DNA of 64,000 nt from an uncultured Candidatus Saccharibacteria bacterium (GCA_947253285.1 CAMXXV010000001.1:50581-114580), one strand, 5' to 3'; shown: positions 9,647-18,409, numbered from the stretch's first letter. Notes: generated by a model not told the origin, from the letters alone. Numbers and translations: made by a program.

Positions 9647-11107
9647 ATGGCTAGTAATGGTAATTTAACATCAAACAGTGCAGGAGCTTCGTACCCTAAT
9701 CCATGTAATCTATACTTTGAATGGTGGGTATCTAATACAAATCAGTCAGAGAACTGGACTGAGGTGTCGTTTAGCCTTAAGGCTAGCGGCGGCAAAAAAG
9801 GTTATTGGACATACTACAACAATATCTCGCTGACCGTAGGCGATGAGGACTTGTCCGAGCCCCGTATTAAGGCATATAACGGTCAAGAGCTAATATCCAG
9901 TACAAAAAGGTTTTACCATGATTCACAGGGCAATTGCAGCTTTAGTGTACACTTTGAGGCGGGTATATATACGAGCGGGGTGAACGCTGACGCTGACGGT
10001 ACATGGCAATTAGACCCAATAGCGGCACAACATGACAATCCTGCACCAAGCGCTGAATATCTGAAAATCAACACGGCCACCTCTTTTAGCAATGACGAAA
10101 GCCCAACAGTGAGCTTTTATAATCACGGCGGGTATAATGTACGGTGTAAAATTGAGGTTGACGGTGACATAGAGCACCCAATTGTGCGCTGGGTTGACGA
10201 TAACGCTACAACATGCACCTTTAATTTTTCAGACCAAGAGCGGCAATTTTTGCGTAGTAAATTCCACGGTAACAATACGGAAGTAAACGTGCGCTTTGTG
10301 GTAAGCTCAATGCGCGGCGATACAGAGGTAGCTTATTCTTACGCGGATAGAAAATGCATTCTCGGCAGCGCCATACTGCCGCGCGTGCATTCATTCTACT
10401 TCACAGATGGAAATAGAAAGGTTGAGGAACTAGTGGGCAGAAAGCGGGTTCTTGTCCGTGGTGCTTCGCGCATAGTGCTATATATTCCCGCAAGCGGTAA
10501 GGGGGAGGCATTTTATGGGGCGCATGTCGTCAGCTACGGCGCTACTTTCTCCGGCATGGTGGCTAGTGCTCCGGACCGAGACGGAGACGTTGACTTAGGC
10601 TCGCAATTTGGGAACGATTTTACTCCAGGGCATCAATACCTTGACGTGTTTATCAAAGACAGTAGGGGCAATGTGGGGCACTTCGGCACGGACGTTCTGG
10701 TGTTGGACTATCATAAACCAACTGTGCGACTCGGGGCAGAGCGCCGTAATAGTTATAGCGATGAGTTTGATGTGGAAGCGGCCGGCGAATATTCGCCGCT
10801 CGAACTGGACGGCGAAGAAAAGAACGCGATTGAAAGCGTGGAGTACCGCTATAGGGAAGAATCGGGCGACTGGAGCGACTGGCGAGGGTTGTCAGTAGAA
10901 GAGGCCAGCAACGGACATTTTAGAACGAAGAAACAAGTTCTAAGCCTAAGTAGTAACAAGTCGTGGAAGTTTGAAGCGAGAGTTGCAGACGGAGTCGGTG
11001 ACTCTGAGACTGTGGACGCGTCATCTGTTGGCATGCCAATTTTTCGCATTGGCGTTGATGGCTATGTATATAACAACGAGCAGCCGTTGATGCCGTCGCA
11101 CGTTTGA
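9647..11107 (+). CDS. Siphovirus minor tail/structural protein (DUF859-like); ends at a TGA that is in frame with the next ORF
   Basis: GGAGG SD; N-terminal W...NQSENWTEVSF, DSRG and LDYHKPTV motifs typical of this class. Confidence 0.7.
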   Translation: MASNGNLTSNSAGASYPNPCNLYFEWWVSNTNQSENWTEVSFSLKASGGKKGYWTYYNNISLTVGDEDLSEPRIKAYNGQELISSTKRFYHDSQGNCSFSVHFEAGIYTSGVNADADGTWQLDPIAAQHDNPAPSAEYLKINTATSFSNDESPTVSFYNHGGYNVRCKIEVDGDIEHPIVRWVDDNATTCTFNFSDQERQFLRSKFHGNNTEVNVRFVVSSMRGDTEVAYSYADRKCILGSAILPRVHSFYFTDGNRKVEELVGRKRVLVRGASRIVLYIPASGKGEAFYGAHVVSYGATFSGMVASAPDRDGDVDLGSQFGNDFTPGHQYLDVFIKDSRGNVGHFGTDVLVLDYHKPTVRLGAERRNSYSDEFDVEAAGEYSPLELDGEEKNAIESVEYRYREESGDWSDWRGLSVEEASNGHFRTKKQVLSLSSNKSWKFEARVADGVGDSETVDASSVGMPIFRIGVDGYVYNNEQPLMPSHV

Positions 11108-11110
11108 CAG

Positions 11111-11467
11111 GTGATAATGTCTACCACCCTAAGAACCGCATCGCAAGTGGAGGAGATCTATAAAGGGCGCTGGGAGGCTTGGGGCCAAGGTAGAATGCCA
11201 GTGGGCGTCGACCCTGACGACTATGACTTTGACAGCCCTAACAAGCGCGGCGGCAAGAAACGAGTGACACTTACTGTTGACCAGATACCATCGCACTCAC
11301 ATATTATTGAAGAGTCAAACGGTGTTGCCGGTGATACTTGGCGAGTTGCGACGCATCAGAGCGCTGGAACTAATACAAGCCTGCGCACATGGAACAACGG
11401 TGGTGGTCTGCCGCACGAGAATATGCCGCCGTACCAGACGCTTTATATGTGGGTGCGCGTAGAGTAA
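11111..11467 (+). CDS. Tail-collar/baseplate C-terminal domain; probably the distal part of the 9647 protein
   Basis: GRMPVGVDP, GGKKRVTLTVDQIPSHSH, PHENMPPYQTLYMWVRV motifs. Same frame as 9647..11107 and no SD. Confidence 0.75.
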   Translation: MIMSTTLRTASQVEEIYKGRWEAWGQGRMPVGVDPDDYDFDSPNKRGGKKRVTLTVDQIPSHSHIIEESNGVAGDTWRVATHQSAGTNTSLRTWNNGGGLPHENMPPYQTLYMWVRVE

Positions 11468-11599
11468 TTGGCAACTGACGGGTCAATTGGTATAATAGTA
11501 GCAGGGTAGTTTATGGAGTGTCTGCCCCATTGTAGTCTCTTAGGTGGTATAATATACATAAGCAACGGTTCGCAAGAACCGTTTTTATTATAGAGAGGT

Positions 11600-12007
11600 T
11601 TGGGGGTGCAGCCGCATGAAATTATAATAGCCATAGCTTCAACTTTAACTGCTATAGGTACAATTCTGGGAGTTATAAAACTATGGTGGAAAAGAATAAC
11701 TAAGCAGACAATCAAGTCGTTGATGTCTGAGCTGGATGAGCGAGATATAAAAGGAATACCGCATATCGTGCAGCAGAACAACAATATCAACGATATAAGT
11801 CATAAGATTGAAGAGCTACGCAATCTGGTCACTAAGAACGACATATACACTAGACGCAACGAGATACTGGTGTTGATTAGTACTCATCCGCAAGAGGTGA
11901 AAGCCATAGACGAGGCGTTTGATGAGTACAAGAAGCACGGTGGCAATAGCTATATAGAAGACATAGTGAACACGTGGCGCAAGCAATATACAAGAGAGGT
12001 AAAATGA
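11600..12007 (+). CDS. Holin-like/lysis-module membrane protein
   Basis: N-terminal TM segment, coiled coil, YKKHGGNSYI motif; directly upstream of the amidase with an ATGA overlap. Confidence 0.6.
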   Translation: MGVQPHEIIIAIASTLTAIGTILGVIKLWWKRITKQTIKSLMSELDERDIKGIPHIVQQNNNINDISHKIEELRNLVTKNDIYTRRNEILVLISTHPQEVKAIDEAFDEYKKHGGNSYIEDIVNTWRKQYTREVK

Positions 12008-12972
12008 GCAACTACAATGAAATAAAGAATCGTAATTCACCGAATTTTACGCCGGGGCGAAGCGGCAGAAAAATATCCGGTATTACAATACATTGGTGGG
12101 GCGACCCGCGGCAAAATCCTAAAGTAGAGGGAGTGGTTAATTGGTTGTGCAATCCACGGTCAAAGGTATCGGCGCACTATGTGGCGACTGGCACTAACCG
12201 TACGGTGTATTGCTTGGTGAACTGCAAGGATACTGCTTGGCATGCTGGCAATTGGGGAGCTAACTTAACAACTATTGGTATTGAGTGCGACCCGCGCTGT
12301 CGTAATGAAGACTATGATGTAGTGGCTGAGCTAGTGGCAGACATTTGGCGCTTTTACGGTAAGTTACCGTTGTATCCGCATAAGCACTGGCGGAGTACTG
12401 ACTGCCCAGGGAACTATGATATTGGCCGGATAGCGGCGCTAGCAGAACAGAAGCTGCATGGTGGTAATCCAGCGCCTGCGCCAGCACCAGCTCCAGCACC
12501 TGCGCCGGCTCCTCAGCCAGCTCCGGCTAGGGCTGTAGTAGTGAAGCTAGAGCAGCCGTTGGCTTTTCGCCTAAAGGGTGACAACAATCTATGGGATTTA
12601 GACTCTGCGCCAAATTGGCGGGCGGTGAAAACATTCCATAAGGGCGAGGCGTTTGTAGCGTTTGCTAAATCGGAGTTTGCTGGCTCAACATTTTACTTCA
12701 CGGAGTATTCTTTCAATCATGGATTAATGAATGGTGTCAACGCAGTGGACTTAGAGCCCGTAGAACAGCCTAAACCGGCGCCGGCAGCGCCACAATCTCC
12801 AGCGCCAGCAGTTGTTGACGCAAATGATGGCAAAAAGGATAAAAAAGAGACGATTAGCAACCCAACTTTGGATAAAATAGCTAATGTCGCACAATATAAC
12901 AACAGCCTATTAAAACAGATTCTTGGCCTGCTGCAGAAGTTAGTGGACAAAATCGCGGGAATTTTTAAGTAA
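12004..12972 (+). CDS. Endolysin, N-acetylmuramoyl-L-alanine amidase (Amidase_2 type) with Pro/Ala linkers
   Basis: ITIHWW, VSAHY, AWHAG, TIGIE, H...TDCPG motifs; GAGG SD before ATG 12004. Confidence 0.92.
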   Translation: MSNYNEIKNRNSPNFTPGRSGRKISGITIHWWGDPRQNPKVEGVVNWLCNPRSKVSAHYVATGTNRTVYCLVNCKDTAWHAGNWGANLTTIGIECDPRCRNEDYDVVAELVADIWRFYGKLPLYPHKHWRSTDCPGNYDIGRIAALAEQKLHGGNPAPAPAPAPAPAPAPQPAPARAVVVKLEQPLAFRLKGDNNLWDLDSAPNWRAVKTFHKGEAFVAFAKSEFAGSTFYFTEYSFNHGLMNGVNAVDLEPVEQPKPAPAAPQSPAPAVVDANDGKKDKKETISNPTLDKIANVAQYNNSLLKQILGLLQKLVDKIAGIFK

Positions 12973-12990
12973 TTTAAAGGAGAATGTTAG

Positions 12991-13242
12991 ATGTTTAACA
13001 ATTTTGGACTACCAACTAAGGAGCAGTGGGGTAAGATTGCCGCTGCGGGTGTATTTAGCTTTATCAGCGGATTCCTAGCATCGCTTGTTGCTTCGGGCGG
13101 ATTAAGCACGGGGTTGGATTGGGCTGCGATTGGTGCCACACTTTGGGGCGCATTGGTATCTGGCTTCAATATGGCGTTGTTCACAATTTACACGACCTTC
13201 TTTAAGCCGAGTGACAACGGTAAAGACAAGTCAGGCAAATAG
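12991..13242 (+). CDS. Holin-like small membrane protein
   Basis: Two hydrophobic helices and a charged C-tail; after the lysin; AAGGAG SD. Confidence 0.65.
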   Translation: MFNNFGLPTKEQWGKIAAAGVFSFISGFLASLVASGGLSTGLDWAAIGATLWGALVSGFNMALFTIYTTFFKPSDNGKDKSGK

Positions 13243-13251
13243 CTAGACAAC

Positions 13252-13287
13252 AAAAAAGCGGCTCGCATCAGCGGGTCGCTTTGTTTT
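13252..13287. terminator. Bidirectional terminator between the late and early arms
   Basis: AAAAAAGCGGCTCGC-atca-GCGGGTCGCTTTGTTTT between convergent genes. Confidence 0.75.
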
Positions 13288-13305
13288 ATGGCTTGGTCGG
13301 CTGAG

Positions 13306-13782
13306 TTATTTATCCAGCACACTCTTGGTTACGGTATTCTGGCCTTGGTAGTGGTGACCGTTTTCATCAGAATATAACGCTTCGGATGGCTCGGCTGTCA
13401 TAAATACAATCTGGCAAATCTTCTGGCCCTTCTTAAGTGTAAGCTTGCGCCGTCTATTCAAGTTCTTGACTTCTAGTGTAATTGTGCCGTTGAACCCAGG
13501 GTCAACAAGTCCGGCACACTCAACCATTAAACCTTGGCGGGCGATTGAACTCTTGCCTTTGACGATGCCAGCAATTCCATTTGGTATTCGCACAGTCTCG
13601 TTAGTAGATAGTAATAAGAATTCGCCCGGGGCTATTTCTAGCTCATTGAACATTATTGCGTGGTGGTCTTCTGATAGCCCTTCGCCAGCGAGAGTTAAAT
13701 CAACGCTGACTGGTGACACGTTTTCTGGCTTCAACGGTACAACTAGTTTACTAGCCTTAATGGTTTTGTCGCTTAGAAACAT
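13306..13782 (-). CDS. dcd: dCTP deaminase / dUTPase family protein
   Basis: SVDLTL, GKSSIARQGL, VDPGFNGTITLE, KICQIVF, YQGQ motifs. Confidence 0.88.
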   Translation of the reverse strand: MFLSDKTIKASKLVVPLKPENVSPVSVDLTLAGEGLSEDHHAIMFNELEIAPGEFLLLSTNETVRIPNGIAGIVKGKSSIARQGLMVECAGLVDPGFNGTITLEVKNLNRRRKLTLKKGQKICQIVFMTAEPSEALYSDENGHHYQGQNTVTKSVLDK

Positions 13783-14105
13783 AGATCCTCCAATTTATCA
13801 TTTAATTTATTAGCATCAAATACTTTTGTAAAATTGCATGTGGCAATGTTAATTTCCTGATTGACGAATTCACTGGCTAGCAAAAAGCGTTTTATTATCT
13901 CAGTTGGCGCAACATTAGATAAAATAGCCTCGGCTTTATTTGCGTAATTATATGCCTCGTTGGCTGTCTTAAACCCGTGTTGAAAGCATATCCGGCGCAG
14001 GTTGTCGCGTATCACCACCAAAGCGGTTTCTGGGCTGCTAAAACTGGCGTAGCAAAACACATAGATAGTGAAGCCGGCGTTATACTTTTTAGTTGTTCTA
14101 ATCAT
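13773..14105 (-). CDS. Phage hypothetical protein
   Basis: 110-aa ORF in the early arm; GGAGG SD; overlaps the next gene. Confidence 0.6.
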   Translation of the reverse strand: MIRTTKKYNAGFTIYVFCYASFSSPETALVVIRDNLRRICFQHGFKTANEAYNYANKAEAILSNVAPTEIIKRFLLASEFVNQEINIATCNFTKVFDANKLNDKLEDLCF

Positions 14106-14132
14106 TTAAGTCCTCCCATCCTAAAATGTCTT

Positions 14133-14627
14133 CTATTTCGTACATTTTTCGCCATCCTTATTAGGCAAACTGGAGTTAATGTTTTTTGTAATTTGCAACG
14201 CGAGCTTGAGCCACCTGCAACAGTCTTTTTTGTAAGTCGGGCCCATTTCTTCTAAAGAGCCAAAGATTTTGTGGCCTCTTTTAGCCTCTGAATACCAGAG
14301 GTGCGCTCTGCCTTGGTCTATTCTTTCGAACCAAGCTATCTGTTTACCAGTGTCTACAGCAAAGGAACAACTAAGCCGCCCATCTAATGTGCCCCTTGTA
14401 AAAACCATGTTGAATACCTTAAAGGAGCTCGTGCCAAACAAGCGAGCGAAAGGGTCGTCGAATTGGTCTTCAGGCATTATCCTTATGCCTTCCAGAACTT
14501 CTTCAGCAAGTTCTTCTATGTCACTTTTCTTTTTGCCTTCCTGTTGATGGTCAAGGCGAACAAATTCGTCGATGTCGTCGGACGACATTGTTGCAAACTT
14601 GTATAGGTTTTGTTCTGTTTCAGTCAT
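14133..14627 (-). CDS. Phage hypothetical protein
   Basis: AAGGA SD before ATG 14627 (MTETEQ); tightly packed in the operon. Confidence 0.6.
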   Translation of the reverse strand: MTETEQNLYKFATMSSDDIDEFVRLDHQQEGKKKSDIEELAEEVLEGIRIMPEDQFDDPFARLFGTSSFKVFNMVFTRGTLDGRLSCSFAVDTGKQIAWFERIDQGRAHLWYSEAKRGHKIFGSLEEMGPTYKKDCCRWLKLALQITKNINSSLPNKDGEKCTK

Positions 14628-15330
14628 TTTCTTGTCCTTTCTTATTGTCATAACGCTCCAAGAACTCGGCTAAGGTCATCTTTTCCGCCTTGTTGTCGAT
14701 TTCTTTGAGCTTTAATTCGCGTGTAAAGCGGTCGGTTTCCGCATAGAAGCGGGTTAACGCGCCGGTTTCGTCTTTTAGTACTGTCACATGGCGCTCGCCG
14801 AACCGCCCCTTAAGTAGGGTGGGGTAATTCTCCAGATAGCTTTGGAAGCGGCGGCTGCGCTTGGCGCCGGTCAGAGTCATATTGAGCTCCTTAAGCGCGG
14901 TGGTTATGAGGTTGCCGCTCCAGTAGTCGCCCGTCTTGGTATTCACCACGAAGGTGTCGTAAAATAGCTGAGAGTCCATCTGAACCATCACCGCCCGCAT
15001 ACCAGTGTCGGCTGCCGGCTTACGGCTGCGCTTGATATAGCTGGCGTATTCATAGAGTCCATACGCTTTCGACAGGTCTTTGCAAAACAAGCTAAACGCC
15101 AAAAACAGGGTCTGCTCGGCATCCGGCGAAGCCCTAAACTCGACGGTGTGAAGACCAGCAATTTGCTGGTTGAGTTTCTCGGTTTGCCCGTGGTAGTTGT
15201 CGTTCGGTATAACTCGGTGCCATATAACTCGGTGCCAGAAGGTGTTAGTCATCGGGTCGACTAAAAACACCAGCGTTGACAAGCCCAACAGGTCGTTGCC
15301 CAAAAATAGGGTGGGTTGTTCGTCATTCAT
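14620..15330 (-). CDS. Phage hypothetical protein
   Basis: AAGGA SD before ATG 15330 (MNDEQPT); long ORF packed between neighbours. Confidence 0.6.
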   Translation of the reverse strand: MNDEQPTLFLGNDLLGLSTLVFLVDPMTNTFWHRVIWHRVIPNDNYHGQTEKLNQQIAGLHTVEFRASPDAEQTLFLAFSLFCKDLSKAYGLYEYASYIKRSRKPAADTGMRAVMVQMDSQLFYDTFVVNTKTGDYWSGNLITTALKELNMTLTGAKRSRRFQSYLENYPTLLKGRFGERHVTVLKDETGALTRFYAETDRFTRELKLKEIDNKAEKMTLAEFLERYDNKKGQEND

Positions 15331-15757
15331 TTTGTTCCTTTCTGGCGCATAAAACTTGTGGCAACGATAAATATTGGTCAATTATAGTCTTAGCTTCATC
15401 GAAGCCCACGGCAAATTTAGCTACATATCCGCACTGATTAAGTCTATTTAGCGTAATACTTTGCTCGGCAATGTGATTGGTAGCGGGTGAGCCATCTCGC
15501 TTGGTTAGACGGGTGCCTGAGCGTTTTAGCTCAATGAATAACCCGCCGTAGATAGAGTTGTTTTCGCAGCGCACACTGGCAATAAACATATCTGGCCACG
15601 CTCGCCGCCCACCGTTTTGCCGTTTTTGCAGACAAGCTTGGCGTACGGTAAGTTTCACTCCGCTACCAAAGTCGGAATGGAACGGTATATCTGGGTATTG
15701 GTATCGGAGATAGTCGGCCACCATAGCTTGGACAGTTTGCTCTTTTTCAGCCAACAT
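15323..15757 (-). CDS. VRR-NUC / PD-(D/E)XK nuclease (resolvase-like)
   Basis: E..VQ, WPDMFI, GLFIELK, GYVAKFAVGFDEAKTIIDQYL; TAATG coupling with the upstream gene. Confidence 0.8.
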   Translation of the reverse strand: MLAEKEQTVQAMVADYLRYQYPDIPFHSDFGSGVKLTVRQACLQKRQNGGRRAWPDMFIASVRCENNSIYGGLFIELKRSGTRLTKRDGSPATNHIAEQSITLNRLNQCGYVAKFAVGFDEAKTIIDQYLSLPQVLCARKEQNE

Positions 15758-16014
15758 TAGAGCGGCCTCCAATAAGTAACGCGACGCCCAGTCGGTGGGT
15801 AAATCGCTTTAAACGCCGCCTCCATTCTGCCGTCTTTCACTAATTCATTTACTCGCGGTGTAATGGAATTGATTGGCATATCCATTTTGTCGGCTATCTC
15901 CTTGTTGCAAACTGGTCGTTTAGCAGAAAGCACTAGTTCTAGTACTTTTCTCTGCATAGTAGTTTTATGGCTTACAACTTCGCCGTAATAAGCTTCCAAG
16001 CTAGTAGTATTCAT
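15757..16014 (-). CDS. Winged helix-turn-helix DNA-binding protein
   Basis: NKEIADKMDMPINSITPRVNELVKDG helix-turn-helix pattern. Confidence 0.75.
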   Translation of the reverse strand: MNTTSLEAYYGEVVSHKTTMQRKVLELVLSAKRPVCNKEIADKMDMPINSITPRVNELVKDGRMEAAFKAIYPPTGRRVTYWRPL

Positions 16015-16030
16015 TTTTCCCTCCATAATT

Positions 16031-16226
16031 TCGCGCAGCTGGCTGACACACCGTAGGTGGGCAAGAGCGTAGTTAGTACAGGCCTAACAACGGGATATAT
16101 AAGATATGAGTTGGCTTATTCAAACCCGATGAGACTAGTTTGTGGATAGGTACAGGAGTGTTTTTTGCTAGTCATTCTTGCCCAGCAACAGTCTGGAACA
16201 CTACGGTATGCCAGCCGGCTGCGCGA
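16031..16226 (-). other. Intergenic nested inverted repeat (long RNA stem-loop)
   Basis: 26-nt arms 16031-16056/16201-16226 with 23 Watson-Crick pairs (2 G-U and 1 mismatch on -); inner 9-bp perfect arms 16058-16066/16176-16184. Confidence 0.75.
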
Positions 16227-16234
16227 TTATTTAA

Positions 16235-17020
16235 TTAAAAGCCTAGTTCAAGGATTTGATTAGTATCGCGGTCAATTTGTGCCATGATGGTATCCTCGAA
16301 AGCTTTGGCTTCTGCGATACTAGGCGCTACTTCTTCGCGCTTAATATCAAATACCTGCAGTTCAAGACCAGGAATTGTGTCACTATACATAACAAAGTGA
16401 AGCACTTCCAAATCTGGGTTGACGACAAAGTATTTTAGTATTTGCGGATAGTACTCAGCAGGATATGAGTTGGTCAGATACGCTTTTATAACTTCTTCAT
16501 TACTAAGGCATTTTACTTCACCAGCCTCACGTACAACGCCATCTTGGCCAGTAATGGCAAAGTCGGGCGAGATGTAGATGTTTGGGCTGTCTTCTCGCGC
16601 CCAAACCACGCTATCTTTGTCTACTGTTTTGCCGGTTTTTGCTTCCCACGCCTTGATAGCATCGGGCTCAAGAATGTGACCGCGCGCCATCATTGAGAAT
16701 GGCTGGCCGTTGAGCTTATCAACGTAATCGTTAGGCGTAATAGGGCGGGCAACGCGCTCAGCAATAATGGCGTAATAGCGTTTTTTAGGTGCACTGGCTA
16801 TTTTTAAGCTTGCCAACGCCTCTGGGGTGAGCAGGGCTGCGAGCTCTGCTGCCTTGGCGGTTTTAGGGTATTGTACGCCCAGTTCGTCTAGCTTAGCTTT
16901 CATAGCGCCAACTAGCGGATAGCCGTCTACGTACAGTGCGCCAAATTCTGACCCGCCTGATTTACCGCGTCGGTACTCTAGCCACTCTTCGCTATTCTGC
17001 TGTAGCTTAATTACTTTCAT
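16235..17020 (-). CDS. YqaJ-like / lambda-exonuclease family viral recombination nuclease
   Basis: QNSEEWLEYRRGK, RGHILEP, SPD, EVKC, YYPQ motifs. Confidence 0.85.
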   Translation of the reverse strand: MKVIKLQQNSEEWLEYRRGKSGGSEFGALYVDGYPLVGAMKAKLDELGVQYPKTAKAAELAALLTPEALASLKIASAPKKRYYAIIAERVARPITPNDYVDKLNGQPFSMMARGHILEPDAIKAWEAKTGKTVDKDSVVWAREDSPNIYISPDFAITGQDGVVREAGEVKCLSNEEVIKAYLTNSYPAEYYPQILKYFVVNPDLEVLHFVMYSDTIPGLELQVFDIKREEVAPSIAEAKAFEDTIMAQIDRDTNQILELGF

Positions 17021-17582
17021 TTACGCCCTCCTTTGCGTTTAATAACTTATCTTTGCAATCGTTCTTGGCAATAATAACCTCTGAACACGAGCGCATGTCT
17101 ATCGGTATAGATACAAACACGTTTCTGAGCTGTTCAATTGTCGTAGCAGCGTTGAGCTGCTTAATGTAGTTGTCTACGTCTTCTTGCCACTTTTGAGCTT
17201 TATACGCTTCAAATGCATCCATTTCTTCACGGCTGGCCACTTCGCCACTAGCCAAATAGCCTAGCATTGCTAAAGCGCGCCCAACTGCTACAGTCTCAAG
17301 CTTTTCGTTTTCCTTGTCGCCGTGCTTAATGGCATCGGCGCTGGCACAAGCGTTGGCAGTCATCTTGATGGCCTCTACTGAGGCGGATGACTTTACTAGC
17401 TCTTCTATATTGCTAGCATTTCGCCAAATGCGAGCCACAAAGCGTATTTTGTCGTCGCCGCAATTTTCGCGCTCGGTGTCAATCTTGCCGTTTGGGTTCT
17501 CCTCCCAAAACAGCTTGATACGGTCAGCAACCTTAGCGTATTCAGCGCCGCCGCCAATTTTTACAGTAGCTACTCTATTCAT
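17007..17582 (-). CDS. Single-strand annealing protein (Rad52/Sak/ERF-like)
   Basis: YAKVADRIKLF, ETVAVGRALAMLG, EVASREEM; adjacent to the exonuclease. Confidence 0.65.
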   Translation of the reverse strand: MNRVATVKIGGGAEYAKVADRIKLFWEENPNGKIDTERENCGDDKIRFVARIWRNASNIEELVKSSASVEAIKMTANACASADAIKHGDKENEKLETVAVGRALAMLGYLASGEVASREEMDAFEAYKAQKWQEDVDNYIKQLNAATTIEQLRNVFVSIPIDMRSCSEVIIAKNDCKDKLLNAKEGVNESN

Positions 17583-17839
17583 AATGCCTCCAGTACCAAA
17601 GTCTTATTCTTGGAAGGGCCACGGCGGCTAATTTTGCCACCCTTAGCGCCCGCTAGCCGCGCTCGGTCACGCCCCGTTAAGCCGTCAATGTCTTCAAACA
17701 ACGAAGCGAAGCCACCAGTGTGCCCGTTTTGGCCACCCTTACGACCAATACGTGAGTAGAAGTCAGCGCCGTGCTTCTTTAGGGTTGTGAGTTTAGCTTT
17801 AGCAGCGCCAGCGGCAGTACCAGCGGCAGTACCAGCCAT
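17579..17839 (-). CDS. KGG-repeat stress-induced-like small basic protein
   Basis: FYSRIGRKGG and ARLAGAKGGKISRR motifs. Confidence 0.65.
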   Translation of the reverse strand: MAGTAAGTAAGAAKAKLTTLKKHGADFYSRIGRKGGQNGHTGGFASLFEDIDGLTGRDRARLAGAKGGKISRRGPSKNKTLVLEAL

Positions 17840-17916
17840 TACTTTTCCTCCTTGTTAGATTTAGTATTAACTTTCACTTGATAATCAGACTCGTAATAAT
17901 TTACTTTAATTTTCAT
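17839..17916 (-). CDS. 25-aa phage peptide (MKIKVNYYESDY...)
   Basis: AAGGAG SD before ATG 17916; TAATG coupling to the next gene. Confidence 0.45.
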   Translation of the reverse strand: MKIKVNYYESDYQVKVNTKSNKEEK

Positions 17917-17926
17917 AGGTTCTCCT

Positions 17927-18121
17927 TTACTTATTAACTTTGCAAATTGGGTTGTCTCGGTCGTCGCCATACAATGTGCCCGGATAAGTCCAGGTGCAAT
18001 TGTGCTTTGCGGCATATACACGCATGTCAGCGTCGCATTTTGCGCCAAAGGCGAATGCGACAGCCAACATAGCGATGACGACGGCTACTAACGTGATGTT
18101 TGTTTTTATCTTTTTCAACAT
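17927..18121 (-). CDS. Small membrane-anchored/secreted phage protein
   Basis: Basic N-terminus, hydrophobic helix, Cys-containing tail; AAGGAG SD. Confidence 0.6.
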   Translation of the reverse strand: MLKKIKTNITLVAVVIAMLAVAFAFGAKCDADMRVYAAKHNCTWTYPGTLYGDDRDNPICKVNK

Positions 18122-18145
18122 ATTTGCTCCTTGCAGTTTAATGAT

Positions 18146-18409
18146 TTATAAATGCAGACCATGTTTAAAAACATAGTTGTCAATTTCTCCATCAATCTCA
18201 TTAGGAATATTCTTAAGGTCGTTATATAAGGACTCTATGGTGTCGTATTCCAATGTGGTTACTTGATTGTCGTCTGGGTCATAGAGATTAATTCTTACGG
18301 CAAAACCGCCGTTAGTCTTTAGTCTTTCGCTGACTGCCGCAATCTTTTCGTTCTCGATTTCCTCTCGATACATTTGCTGGTCGTAATAATCAGCTTGGTC
18401 GATATACAT
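18146..18409 (-). CDS. Phage hypothetical protein (first gene of the early arm)
   Basis: Strong AAGGAGG SD before ATG 18409. Confidence 0.65.
   Translation of the reverse strand: MYIDQADYYDQQMYREEIENEKIAAVSERLKTNGGFAVRINLYDPDDNQVTTLEYDTIESLYNDLKNIPNEIDGEIDNYVFKHGLHL

Noticed and set aside
5571..11467. Diversity-generating retroelement acting on tail genes
   Set aside because: No reverse transcriptase in the window, and I saw no template/variable repeat pair differing only at adenines; the repeats are ordinary domain duplications.
11500..11590. Fluoride or preQ1 riboswitch before the lysis genes
   Set aside because: Only superficial similarity; the conserved pseudoknot partner and A-rich tail are missing.
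15204..15237. 15-bp tandem duplication (WHRVIWHRVI) in a phage gene
   Set aside because: Real but in-frame and isolated; consistent with replication slippage.
1..18409. Whole prophage using genetic code 25 (TGA=Gly) or another recoded stop
   Set aside because: Long genes are intact under code 11, only one suspicious TGA was found, and TGA/TAG end genes at sensible junctions.
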